From a virus (lineage: Duplodnaviria > Caudoviricetes): a stretch of 55,642 nt of DNA. A program made the position numbers and the translations under genes. Below the pieces are notes generated by a model that was not told the origin of the DNA, made no database searches, and saw nothing but the letters and a program-made list of their open reading frames with translations. Below, piece after piece: positions 35,712-46,400 of the stretch (position 1 is the stretch's first letter; every line of letters begins with the position of its first letter). The stretch is from positions 1-55,642 of IMG/VR virus record IMGVR_UViG_3300037042_000951; one strand, given 5' to 3'.

Positions 35712-37631
35712 ATGGCAGGCTTAAAATCACTCGCTCAAGAACTTCAAAGCAAAGGTCGCGATGGCGACACTATTCTTGCTCATATTAATCCTCAAGAAGC
35801 GGGTATTTTAAAAGCCCTTGGCGGTTCTGGAACTATTAACCCGCATACGGGTTTACCCGAATTTCGTTTTTGGAAATCAGTAGCCAATGCTGTTGCCGCT
35901 CCGTTTAGAGCAGTTAATGAGGTTATTAAAGCCGTTCCTGTTATTGGTCCAGCCATTGACAGAGGTCTAGTAAGTCTTGACAAAGCCGTAGGAAGTGCTA
36001 TCCCTGGGGGCTGGAATACCTTAGCTCAGACAGCTTTAGCCTTTACTCCTATTGGGTTGCCAGCAAAAGTAGGTCTTGCAGCCTTGGGCGGTAGCGGGGC
36101 TTTTGGAAAAGAAGGTAAATTTAATCTTCAACGCGCCCTTATGAGTGGCGCTATGGCTTATGGTATGAATCAGCTAACCGCTGGTCTTCAAAATGCTGGC
36201 ACTACGTCAACGGCGTTATCAAGTGCTGATGTAGTACCAATGGATGCTCTTTCTGATGTTACAGGTAGCGCAGTTGGTTCTGGAGGGGTTAATGCCGCTA
36301 CGGGAGAAATAGGTAGCGGATTGGCTGGTAATGCAAGTGGTTATATGGGTGCTGATATGCCAGTATCCGATGTGCTTGGTAATGTATCTGGATACGATGT
36401 TGGAGCGCCATTAGGATCACCTCAGTCTATTGGCTCAGAACTTATGAGAGGCAATATTGGTAATGTTGCAGAAAGAGGAATAGCTAGTGTAAAAGACACA
36501 CTAGGTTCAATGTCAATGCCATCAATGCCCTCAATGCCCTCAATGCCCTCAATGTCTGATCTGGGAACTACGGGAACTAACTTGTCCGCTGCTGGAGAAG
36601 GTTTTAAGAATCTTACTGGGTTTGGACCTGAGGGATTTAGTGGAATAGGAGAAGCCGCTACTAAGTTTGCTGCGCCTGTAACAACTAAAGGTATGGCAGC
36701 TCTTGGAATTGGTGCTATGGGTCTGTCTGCTTTAGATGAGCAACAAAAAATGCTTGATGAACAATATGCGTCAGGAAACATAGCTCAAGCAGAATACGAT
36801 GCAGGAACAGCAAGAATCAATGAATCTCGTGCCCGTAGTGAACAGGCTATGAGGGATAACCCATATCAGTTTTACGCTGGAGGGGATGTAGAATTTTCTG
36901 AAGGCGACCAAGTGAGGGGCTATGCTGCTGGTGGGCAGATTAAAAGTTATGCTAATGGTGGTCCTCTTGGCGCTATTGGAGCGCAACAAACTGCACAGAC
37001 TCAGTCTTCTTTTGCGCAAAGTCCTTACGAAAGTAGTCATCCATATGATATGGGTGATACGTTTGGTAAAGCCACACAAAGCTTTCCTAGTACACAACAA
37101 GCAATAGGTTTATCAGGCAATGGTTTAATGAGTATGTTTAACCCACCTGCACAACAAGCAATAGGTCTATCAGGCAATGATTTAATGGATATGTTTAAGC
37201 CACCTGCACAACAAAGCTATCCTAGTGCTAATCAAAACCCAAATACAGGTGTAGGTAGTTTTGCGGGTCCTAGCTCATTTTATGGTGGCGGCGGCGGGGG
37301 CGGGGGCGGTGGTAGTGGAGGGGCTTTCCCACTAGAAGGTCAATATGGTATTGTAAAAATGGCGGCTGGTGGTATGCCCCCACGGTTTTTATCAGGTGGT
37401 GGCGATGGCATGAGCGACTCTATTAGAGCAAATATCGAAGGAAAACAAGAAGCTAGACTAGCAGATGGGGAATTTGTAATCCCTGCTGATGTAGTGTCGC
37501 ACCTTGGTAACGGTTCTTCCAAGGCTGGTGCAAAACAGTTATATAGCATGATGGATAGAGTGCGCCAAGCTAGAGTAGGTACTAAAAAGCAAGGTAAACA
37601 AATTAACTCACGCAAATTAATGGCTGCGTAA
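35712..37631 (+). CDS. Internal virion (ejection) protein
   Basis: GRDGDTILAHINP..GSGTINP.TGLPEF N-terminus; GDGMSDSI..ARLADGEFVIPADVVS C-terminus; G/A/S-rich. Confidence 0.7.
   Translation: MAGLKSLAQELQSKGRDGDTILAHINPQEAGILKALGGSGTINPHTGLPEFRFWKSVANAVAAPFRAVNEVIKAVPVIGPAIDRGLVSLDKAVGSAIPGGWNTLAQTALAFTPIGLPAKVGLAALGGSGAFGKEGKFNLQRALMSGAMAYGMNQLTAGLQNAGTTSTALSSADVVPMDALSDVTGSAVGSGGVNAATGEIGSGLAGNASGYMGADMPVSDVLGNVSGYDVGAPLGSPQSIGSELMRGNIGNVAERGIASVKDTLGSMSMPSMPSMPSMPSMSDLGTTGTNLSAAGEGFKNLTGFGPEGFSGIGEAATKFAAPVTTKGMAALGIGAMGLSALDEQQKMLDEQYASGNIAQAEYDAGTARINESRARSEQAMRDNPYQFYAGGDVEFSEGDQVRGYAAGGQIKSYANGGPLGAIGAQQTAQTQSSFAQSPYESSHPYDMGDTFGKATQSFPSTQQAIGLSGNGLMSMFNPPAQQAIGLSGNDLMDMFKPPAQQSYPSANQNPNTGVGSFAGPSSFYGGGGGGGGGGSGGAFPLEGQYGIVKMAAGGMPPRFLSGGGDGMSDSIRANIEGKQEARLADGEFVIPADVVSHLGNGSSKAGAKQLYSMMDRVRQARVGTKKQGKQINSRKLMAA
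36507..36557 (+). repeat. 9-bp tandem repeat (SMP)n
   Basis: TCAATGCCC-type units, about 5 copies. Confidence 0.9.
37093..37214 (+). repeat. 57-bp imperfect tandem duplication
   Basis: QQAIGLSGNGLMSMFNPPA / QQAIGLSGNDLMDMFKPPA. Confidence 0.9.
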
Positions 37632-37641
37632 AGGATAAATT

Positions 37642-38559
37642 ATGGCAACTACAACAACTACAGTCACAGGACAACAGTCGATCCCAACCGAGTTAATGCC
37701 GTTCTTTACAGGTACGGGCACTGCGGGTCAACCTGGTTATTCTCCTGGTTTATTACCTAAAGCCCAAGAAATATTTTCTAAAAACTATGCAACTGGTTAT
37801 GGAACTGATTTTATAAATAGTGGTTTAGCAGGATCGGGCCGTGTTGCTAGTTTGCAACCAAATCAGGTACAAGTCGGTCAAGAACTTAAAGGTATGACCA
37901 CTCCAAAGCAGTTCCAAACTGGGTATGGTTCAGCGCAACTAGGTCTAGGGGCTTTAGGGTCTATGTTAAGCCCTGAAATGACTCAGATGTACATGTCTCC
38001 TTATATGCAAAACGTGCTTGATGTTAATAAAGCAGAAGCTATGCGAGAGGCCCAAAAAGGATTAGTAGGTCAAAATATGGCAGCTGCCCGTCAAGGAACA
38101 TATGGTGGGGCTAGAAACGCCCTAATGATGTCTGAAGCAGACCGAAATCTACAAACTAAACTTGGTCAAATTCAAGCTCAAGGCATGCAGGGTGCATTTG
38201 ATGCAGCGCAAAAAGCTCAGTTAGCTCAAGCCCAGCAGTATGGACAGTTAGGGGATGTATTAACTAAATCAGGTATATCTCAGCAAGGTGCGGATATTGA
38301 CCGTCTTAAAACTCTAGGAGCTTACGGCGACTTAGAAAGAGGTATTCAGCAACAAAATATTGACGCTAGATATCAAGACTTTCTTAAAAGAATTGGCTTT
38401 GATCAAGAACAACTTGGTAGTATGGCTGACATCCTCCGTGGTGTGCCAATTGCTAAAACGGGTGAATCTTCCTCTACTACAACTCCCCCGCCTAGTTTTG
38501 CTAGTCAACTAGCTGGTATGGGATTGTCAGGTCTGTCTTTATATAACATGTTTAAATAA
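37642..38559 (+). CDS. Internal virion (DNA transfer) protein
   Basis: Gln/Gly-rich; YMSPY, GTYGGAR, hydrophobic C-terminal LAGMGLSGLSLY. Confidence 0.7.
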   Translation: MATTTTTVTGQQSIPTELMPFFTGTGTAGQPGYSPGLLPKAQEIFSKNYATGYGTDFINSGLAGSGRVASLQPNQVQVGQELKGMTTPKQFQTGYGSAQLGLGALGSMLSPEMTQMYMSPYMQNVLDVNKAEAMREAQKGLVGQNMAAARQGTYGGARNALMMSEADRNLQTKLGQIQAQGMQGAFDAAQKAQLAQAQQYGQLGDVLTKSGISQQGADIDRLKTLGAYGDLERGIQQQNIDARYQDFLKRIGFDQEQLGSMADILRGVPIAKTGESSSTTTPPPSFASQLAGMGLSGLSLYNMFK

Positions 38560-38568
38560 GAGGCAATT

Positions 38569-40467
38569 ATGAGTTTATCCCAAGCCCTTAAAGAAACAGT
38601 ACACGACAGTAAAAATCTAGATCTGTTAGCTAATTTGCCACAAACTTTGATTATTCAGATGGGGCAAAGAAAAGAACTTACGCCTGAAGAAGTTACTTTA
38701 ATTATTGGTAAAAAAGGGCAGCAAATTGAAGAGGCGGCGCAACGCAAAGCATTAGCACAGGTCAGCGAACAACCCATGCCAAGCGTCATAGAACAGAAGA
38801 TGATGCAGATTGCTCAGGCTGAGAACCCAGCTCCAGAGCCACAAATGCAGCCACAAATGATGGCTGAAGCACCTATGCCTCAGTTACCAGAAGAGGTAGG
38901 TATTGCCCAGAACCCCGTGCCCCCTATGCAGATGGCTGGTGGCGGAATTATTTCGTTTAGTGGCGAAGATGGTAGCTACGTTGAAGAAGACGATGACGAC
39001 GACGAGACTGATGCTCTAATCTTCGGTTTGTTGCAAAAGATGCGATCTAGTTCAGGTCGGGCTACTCCAAGCGTTGGTATTGCTAGTGGGTATGAAGATA
39101 GAGAAGAGCGCTCAGGCGATATGGTAGACCGTCTACGAGCACAGATTATGGCTAAAGAAAGTGGTGGACGACGCTATGATAAGTCTGGCAAATTGCTTAC
39201 CTCTTCTAAAGGGGCTGAAGGCGAAATGCAGGTTATGCCCTACACCGCAAGAGACCCAGGTTTTGGTATTAGACCAGCTAGAGACGGCAGTCCTGACGAG
39301 CTACGGCGCGTAGGTGATGAGTATGCAGAGGCTATGTATAACCGCTACGGTGACTCTAAACTGGCTATGATTGCCTACAACATGGGACCTGGAGCTACTG
39401 ATAAATGGCTGGCTTCTGGCGCTGACCCACGCAGGCTACCAAAAGAAACCCAAGGGTATATCCGTGGCGTAAGCCTTGCCGAAGGTGGCGAGGTTAAAGG
39501 CTATGCAGGACCAGAAGGTAGCGTAGTAGAAACGGAAGAGCCAAGTTCTGTATTTGATAGGCTATTCGGGGGCGGTGATCGCCTTAAAGAGTATCAAGAT
39601 AGATTAGCTAGACAACAAGAATTTGAGCGGGTTACTCGTGAGCAACCTGGATTCTTCCAAAAGACTACTAGCGCAGAACGTAACAAAGCTGAAGCTGACT
39701 TAGCTGCCGCAGAAGCAGCACGTAGAGGACCACGTTCTGCTAAACCTTCTGGGGAAACTTTTGTAGACCCAAATATTACTGCACTGCAAAAAAGAAAAGA
39801 TTACGACAAAAAAATAGATACTAGCGGAGAGGGGGTTCAAAACTTAGTCGCTGCTAAAAAAGAAGAACTAACTCCAGAGCAAGAGCTGTTTAACGAAATA
39901 CGTGCTGACATGAAGGCACGAAGAGCAGCTTTAGCAGAAGATAGGAAGATGGATAAGTGGCGAGCTGGTTTAGCTGCTGGCGCTAAAATGATGATGAATA
40001 CATCTCCTTATACTATGGTAGGACTTGGTAGTGGGGTTGATGCAGGAGCGCAGTCTATGGCTGAGTCTAAAAAACTTCGTGCCGCAGAAGAAGCTGGCAT
40101 TGCCACTGGAATGGGTAGCCTGTATAAAAATCAATTGATTTCAAAACTAAAAGATGCACAAATATCTGATACCAAAGCATTTAGAGAAACCCAATTAAAT
40201 GACGCTCGAATCAAATCCACAGAAACTAGATTAGCTGAAGCGCTTAGAAACCCTAATAATCTACGCCAACAACAAATGCTTGATATTTACGAAATGCAAT
40301 TTAGTCAAGGCAAATTAGATAAAGATAAACTGCCTGAGCTTCAAAGACTAAGAGCTTGGCGAACAAATCTTGAGGCGGGTATTAGAAATAGAATGGCATC
40401 TGGTGGTGGCGGTGCGGGATATACACCAACTCAAACACAAACTGCGGCTCTTAACAAGTATTCATAA
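38569..40467 (+). CDS. Ejection protein with an SLT lytic transglycosylase domain
   Basis: KESGG...GAEGEMQVMP...AYNMGPG...ETQGYI (GH23 motifs). Confidence 0.88.
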   Translation: MSLSQALKETVHDSKNLDLLANLPQTLIIQMGQRKELTPEEVTLIIGKKGQQIEEAAQRKALAQVSEQPMPSVIEQKMMQIAQAENPAPEPQMQPQMMAEAPMPQLPEEVGIAQNPVPPMQMAGGGIISFSGEDGSYVEEDDDDDETDALIFGLLQKMRSSSGRATPSVGIASGYEDREERSGDMVDRLRAQIMAKESGGRRYDKSGKLLTSSKGAEGEMQVMPYTARDPGFGIRPARDGSPDELRRVGDEYAEAMYNRYGDSKLAMIAYNMGPGATDKWLASGADPRRLPKETQGYIRGVSLAEGGEVKGYAGPEGSVVETEEPSSVFDRLFGGGDRLKEYQDRLARQQEFERVTREQPGFFQKTTSAERNKAEADLAAAEAARRGPRSAKPSGETFVDPNITALQKRKDYDKKIDTSGEGVQNLVAAKKEELTPEQELFNEIRADMKARRAALAEDRKMDKWRAGLAAGAKMMMNTSPYTMVGLGSGVDAGAQSMAESKKLRAAEEAGIATGMGSLYKNQLISKLKDAQISDTKAFRETQLNDARIKSTETRLAEALRNPNNLRQQQMLDIYEMQFSQGKLDKDKLPELQRLRAWRTNLEAGIRNRMASGGGGAGYTPTQTQTAALNKYS

Positions 40468-40469
40468 CT

Positions 40470-43400
40470 ATGGCTGATTTACAACAGCTATATAGCGCCC
40501 TAGAAAAAGCGGATGCTGCTGGTGATGTTGCGTCTGCTAAACAACTAGCCGACTGGATACGTGCTGAACAAGGCGGATTTAGCCCAGCTGCACCAGAAAA
40601 ACTTGAACTACCCCCTGTAGAGCCAGCAACTGGTTTCAGTTCTTTTATTCCCGCCGTTAAACGTGGCGCGTTGGGTCTCCAGTCGCTTGTGGCAGACGTA
40701 GCACCAGCAATGGCTGGGCGTGTAGCAGAGCGTCTAAATGTACCTGGCGCAAAAGAATATGCTGACCGCCAGATGCGTGAGGCTCAGGAAGCCCAAGAGT
40801 ATATACAACAGCGCTATCCCTCAGCCGTATCTAGTTATAAAGACATCAAGGGCGGGGGCGACTTACTAACATACGTAGTTGAGTCGGTTGGCGAGTTACT
40901 TCCTTCAATGATTCCTTCTGTATTAACGGGTGGCGCAGCGGGTATTGCTGGGCGTGGTGCAGCCATTGCAGCTAGAGAGGCGGCTGAAAAAGCTTCGTTA
41001 GAGACCGCTAAGAAGAGCCTGCTCACGTACAGTGGGTCTAAGCTTTCCCAACAGGAATTAGTTAATTTAGCCACGGCAGACGCTATTAAAGCGGGCCAGG
41101 CTGCAGCACAGAGAGCGGTGCTCAAGTATCAAGCTGCTGGTGCAATAGGCGGTTCGGCTATGCAGAACGTACCTGAGGTTTATCAGAATATTGCTGAAGA
41201 AACAGGCAAGGAAGACCTTGGCGCTGCCCTTCTATTTGGCGGCTTTAACTCTGTACTAGATGCCATTACGCCTATAACCTTACTACGCAAAGCCAAAGGT
41301 GTTGGTCTTACCGAGAAAGAACTTATTGGCGCATGGTACAAGCGGGCAGGCAAAGGGGTATTAACTGGGTTTGCTACAGAAGGCGCAACGGAAGCAGTCC
41401 AAGAGATGTCGTCAGCTGCAGCTGAAAAGTTTGTTGACGAGAATAAGAACTTCTTTACTGAGAAGAATTTTGAGCGGTTTATCAATGCTGGACTCAAGGG
41501 TGGTATTGGTGGTGGCGCAGTTAGTGGTGTGGCAAACATACCGTTTGGTAGAAAAGAAGAACCACCTACGCCTTCTATACCTGAAACCCCTGAAGCCGTT
41601 ACCCCTGCAATGCCTGGCGCAGAGCCTGCTAAACAAGGTGCGCTTTCAAACGATGACATAGAGAAGTTTTTAAATCCTGAGGCAAAAGAAGAAGTTAAAA
41701 AAGAAGAAGCCAAGAAAGTAGACCTTGATTCAGATACTTTTGATATGCCTACTGCTTCAGAAAAAATTGCATCGCTAAAAGCAGATAACGACAGAATTCA
41801 GAATAAACTAGCTACAGGGCAATATAAAAACGCCCCAGCAGTTAGTGCTGCAAATGCAAAGATTGCTAGGCAGAAGACAGAGATAGAAACACTTGAAGCT
41901 AAATTAGCTGAAGGAGATAAAAATGTTACTGACAGAACTGACGTTACAGGAGGTGGAGTTAGCGCTGAAGTATCTGGCGGACCCAAACCAAGTGGAACCC
42001 CCGAAGAAATTGCAGCATCTGAGCGATCTGGAGTGGTTGACGCTGGAAGTGCTGCAGAGCAGGCTGCTGTTGGAGATGCAAAACAGCAAGGTACATTAAC
42101 TTCAACAAAAGTAATCCACGACAAAGAAAAAGATGTATGGAATTACAACGATGATAAAGAATTAGTTGAATCTGCGGGACCAACAACAGCTATACAACAC
42201 AAGTCGGGTATTGCTAAAGAACAAGGTATTACTAAAACATACATTGATGGCAATAGAGTTACTTTTGAACTAGACAACGGTGGGGACATTGCCGTTAAAT
42301 TTAATAAAGGTAGAACCTCTGTATATTTAAACAAACCAGACAAAATGATGGGTTTTAGACCTGCTGGGTCTTTTCATGAAGACATTGACAATATACAAAA
42401 AGACAGCACTACTTTTGGGTTTGATAAATTACAAGATTTTGTACCGCCTAAACTTGCAAAAGCAATTCAAAATGCAGCCAAGAATATTAGTAGCTCCACA
42501 AAAGAAGTTGCAGATCCTTCTGAATTTATTAAACCTTTCTTAAAAGAAGCTGTAGATTCTGACGGGTACTCTGCCTTATGGGGTGAAAGAGAAAAAAGCG
42601 CTGAACAATTTAAAAAAGAATTACAAGGACAAGGAACTGCGCCTACTACCAAAAAAACAGTTACTCCTACTACAACTAAAAAAGAAGAAGCTCCAGTAGA
42701 CCAAGCTACTTTAGTAATACCGCCTGGAGACAAAGAAGTAGCAACAGAAGTAACTCCGCCAAAGGCTGAATTTAAAGGTGAATCTGCGTTTACCTCAGGG
42801 ACAGAAAGACGGTTTATCGAGCCTAAAGTAACTGAAGAAACTTTATATCCTAAAGCTATTGCTTTACGAGAAGCACAAAAATCAAAGCCAAAACCTACTG
42901 TTGAAGAAGTTGCTAAAACTAAACAATCTGTCAAAAACGTTAAAGAGGCGGCAACAGATGTAATTTCTGGTAAAACAGCTGATAGATATAATGCTTTAAC
43001 CCCAGAAGAAAAGGCTATGGTGGACACCGCCGTAGCAAAATACAAGTCGCTATTGGAGTTTAAAGAAGCTAAACCCATGAGCAAGCGGAAGGAAAAACCT
43101 CCGCCAGGCGTTATTTATAAGCCAAGACAGTACAACAAAATACTCAAAGAAGAAAAAGCCGCAGCTGAGAAAGCCGCTACTGAACCTCCTGTACCTAAAA
43201 AACTGTCTCTGATAGAGGAAAGGATGGCTGAGCTTAGAGCTATTCCTTCTTATGGTTCCGCTAATCTAGAAGCAATAGAGGGATTGCGTGGCGGTACTAC
43301 GATTGGGCTTATGTCCAACCTAATGCATGGCGACTTGCGTGGTGCGCTGCAAGAAATAGTTCAAGATACATCTGGGCAATTTACTAAGCTAGATAGAATG

Positions 43401-46400
43401 GTAGCTAAACGCCTACTACAATCAGACACCCTACCTACCCTGCGTGTAGTGCCAACCAGCGAACTTAATGGTAAATTGGGGCAGTATGATGCAGCTACAG
43501 ATATAGCTTCTATTAGTGAAGACGCAATGACTTCACATGTTGTGCTACACGAGACACTACACGGATTTACCCTAGCTATCATCAAAGCGCACAAAGATGG
43601 AGTCAAGTTTAACCAAGGTGTTGCTAATCTTGAGAAGTTATACAACCATTTAAAAGAGACCTATCCAGACTTAAAAGATAAATATGGCATGAAGAACCTT
43701 GCAGAATTTGTCTCTGAGGCTATGTCTAACCCTGAATTCCAAGAGCAGTTAAATGCTCTCCCATACGAGCGTGGCAACTTAGTAATTAATGCTTTTGTTG
43801 AATTTGTTAAAGATGTTTTAAATGTACTTGGTATTGGTCCAGGTAAAGACTTTACAGCCCTAGCTTATGCCCTAGTGTCCGCAGAAAGTATATTAACTGA
43901 GGGGCGTAGATTAGAGGCTACAAACCCACCACCAGCAACGGCAGCCCTTGCACCAGATGCTACTGCTAGACCAGAACCTGAGCCACCTACATACAAAGAA
44001 GGAACTACCAATCTAAAAGAGTGGGCAACAAGCATACCTAAGGTTGCTGATACACCCGCTGCGTCAATTAAAAAAGCGCTTGGGGAAAATGAACGATATG
44101 GCACATTTCAACTCGTGGCAAAACTTTTACAAAATAGTCGCCGTGCTATACAAAACTGGGAGAACCGTCTAGAAAAAGCTAAAAAGATTATGTATTACGG
44201 CGAGAACCAAAACAATATATTTGGCGATATTAGCGCTTCTTCTGGTAGAGCTGAACACTTTTTTAACTTCTACCTTGCTACGGCTTCCAAAGATTTATAT
44301 GATGCAATTGGTAGATATGCTAACGCACGAGGTTTGTCAGATCAAGACGCTCTTATAGAATTACAACAAGTATTTGTTTCACTCCACGAACCAGAGCGCC
44401 GTAGAGCTAAGTATGTATTAAATGTTCCGTTGCCTTTAGAAGCAGCTATGGAACGTAAGAAGATTATGTCTTTGGTCAGGTCTAATCAGATCAATGAAGA
44501 ACAAGCTGAACGACTGAGAGCAAGACTAGACGCATTGGTAGAAAACCCTGCTAATAAATTAAAAGAAGGTGTTAAGGGATATGGCGCAAACCCAGATGAA
44601 GGATTTTCTTATCTTCCTCAAGACGAACAATCAGCCTACTATAACGTAGTCAGCGGAATTGACCCTAAAGTATTTAAGATGGCTATAACAGAACTATATG
44701 AGCCAAATAAAGCGTTAATTGACCCTATACAAAAAGCTATTAAAGTACTCCAAAAAGGAACTAAAGAGCTAGACACAAGAGCTAACTATTGGGCGCAACC
44801 TGTTAATAACGTAGTTGCATTTTACGGGTACGACAATTACGTGCCGTTTAAAGGTAAGCCTGGAGAAACACAAAGCAAAATAGATGACGAGTTAGAACCT
44901 CATGGCAAAGTTAATGGTAGAGAATTACAAGAAGCACCTTTTGCGTTTGAAGGTCGTTTATCTGATCCTGATAATCCTTTGCTACAGACTTTGGCTGACG
45001 GAGTTCGGTCCGCTTTACGTGCTGGGCGTGGCGGCACTATGTATGGGGCTGATGGTAAACCTCTACTAGATAGTAAGGGCGAGCCTACCCAGTTTGGTAC
45101 AACACACGCTATAGTAAACGCAATTAAACAAGGCTTGATTGAAGGCAAGCCTGTAGAGACTATAAGCTTTGCGCAACGGTATGATGCTGCAGTTTTAGAA
45201 AAGCTAAAACAAAAAGGCGAAAACAACTTCTTCCACTACAAACCAGACGGCAGTATTGAGATATGGTCAATTGAAGATAAGGCTCTAAGAGAAGCAATAC
45301 GCCGTACCTATCAACAAAACAATCCTTTAGTGGACACATTCTCTAGAATCACCAGCTGGATTGGTCAAGGACATACTCGCTACAACCCTGCTTTTGCGCC
45401 TAAGAACTTCGTTGCTGATACTTTGGCTAACGCTGGAATTATTGGTGCTGAACTAGGTGTAAGCAAGTTTGGGGGAGTTATAGGAGAAGTAGCTAAAAAC
45501 GGTCTAGGCAAAGCCTTCACGTTCTCACGGTTGTATGGCGCTAAGAATTTTGCAGAAATAGAACGTTTAGCCAAAACTGATGACTACATCAAAGACATGT
45601 ATGAGTATGTCAAGGGTGGTGGAAAAGTATCTTACGTATCAGGTATTGGTGCGCAAAGCCAATTCCAAAGGATGCAAGAGACGCTTGGAAGATCCAAAAT
45701 AGCCTCCACTAAGGAACAGATTGATTCAGTTATTGATACCTTCTGGGCAGAGCCTTTTGAATTGGCAAGCCGTGTAGCCGCTTATAGGGTGACTAAAGCA
45801 GATTACATTAACAACCAAAAAATGAGTCCAGAAGCAGCTAAGACAAAAGCTATTTCATACGTCAAGAACCTAGCTAACTTTGAACAGACAGGTGATTACG
45901 GTAAAGCGTTGGGTGCATTCTTCGTGTTCTTCCGTGCGTCAGCAACTGGAGCAGTTAGAGCCATTGATGCTTTAGCGCCAATATTTGTAGACCCAAATAC
46001 TGAATTCCTAAGATTGCCAGAGTCAGTACGCTTGGACCCAGAGGCTAAGAAAACTTTCTTTGAGAATCATTACAAGCAACGCCGCACCGCCCAAGCCATG
46101 TTAGCTGCAATTGCTGGTACTGGGGTAATGGTTTATTACATGGCGCTACTAATGTCTGACGATGATGACGAAGGAAGAAACAGAACCGCTATAGATGACA
46201 TGGATAGATGGACTAGGTTTGCACGGTTCCCCATCCCAGGTACAGATGTAATCGTTCAGATTCCTTGGGGCTTTGGACTGGGTGCTTTTGCTGCAGCTGG
46301 GGCACAGGTCGCTTCGCTATTAGTAGGCAACAGTTCTTTTGGGCAAGTCTTTAACAATATTAAAGATGTTGGCATGGACTCTTTCCTGCCTTTACCTACG

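Noticed and set aside
7177-45574. Numerous antisense ORFs within the late genes
   Set aside because: Ser/Leu/Phe-rich shadows of the coding strand without RBS or motifs.
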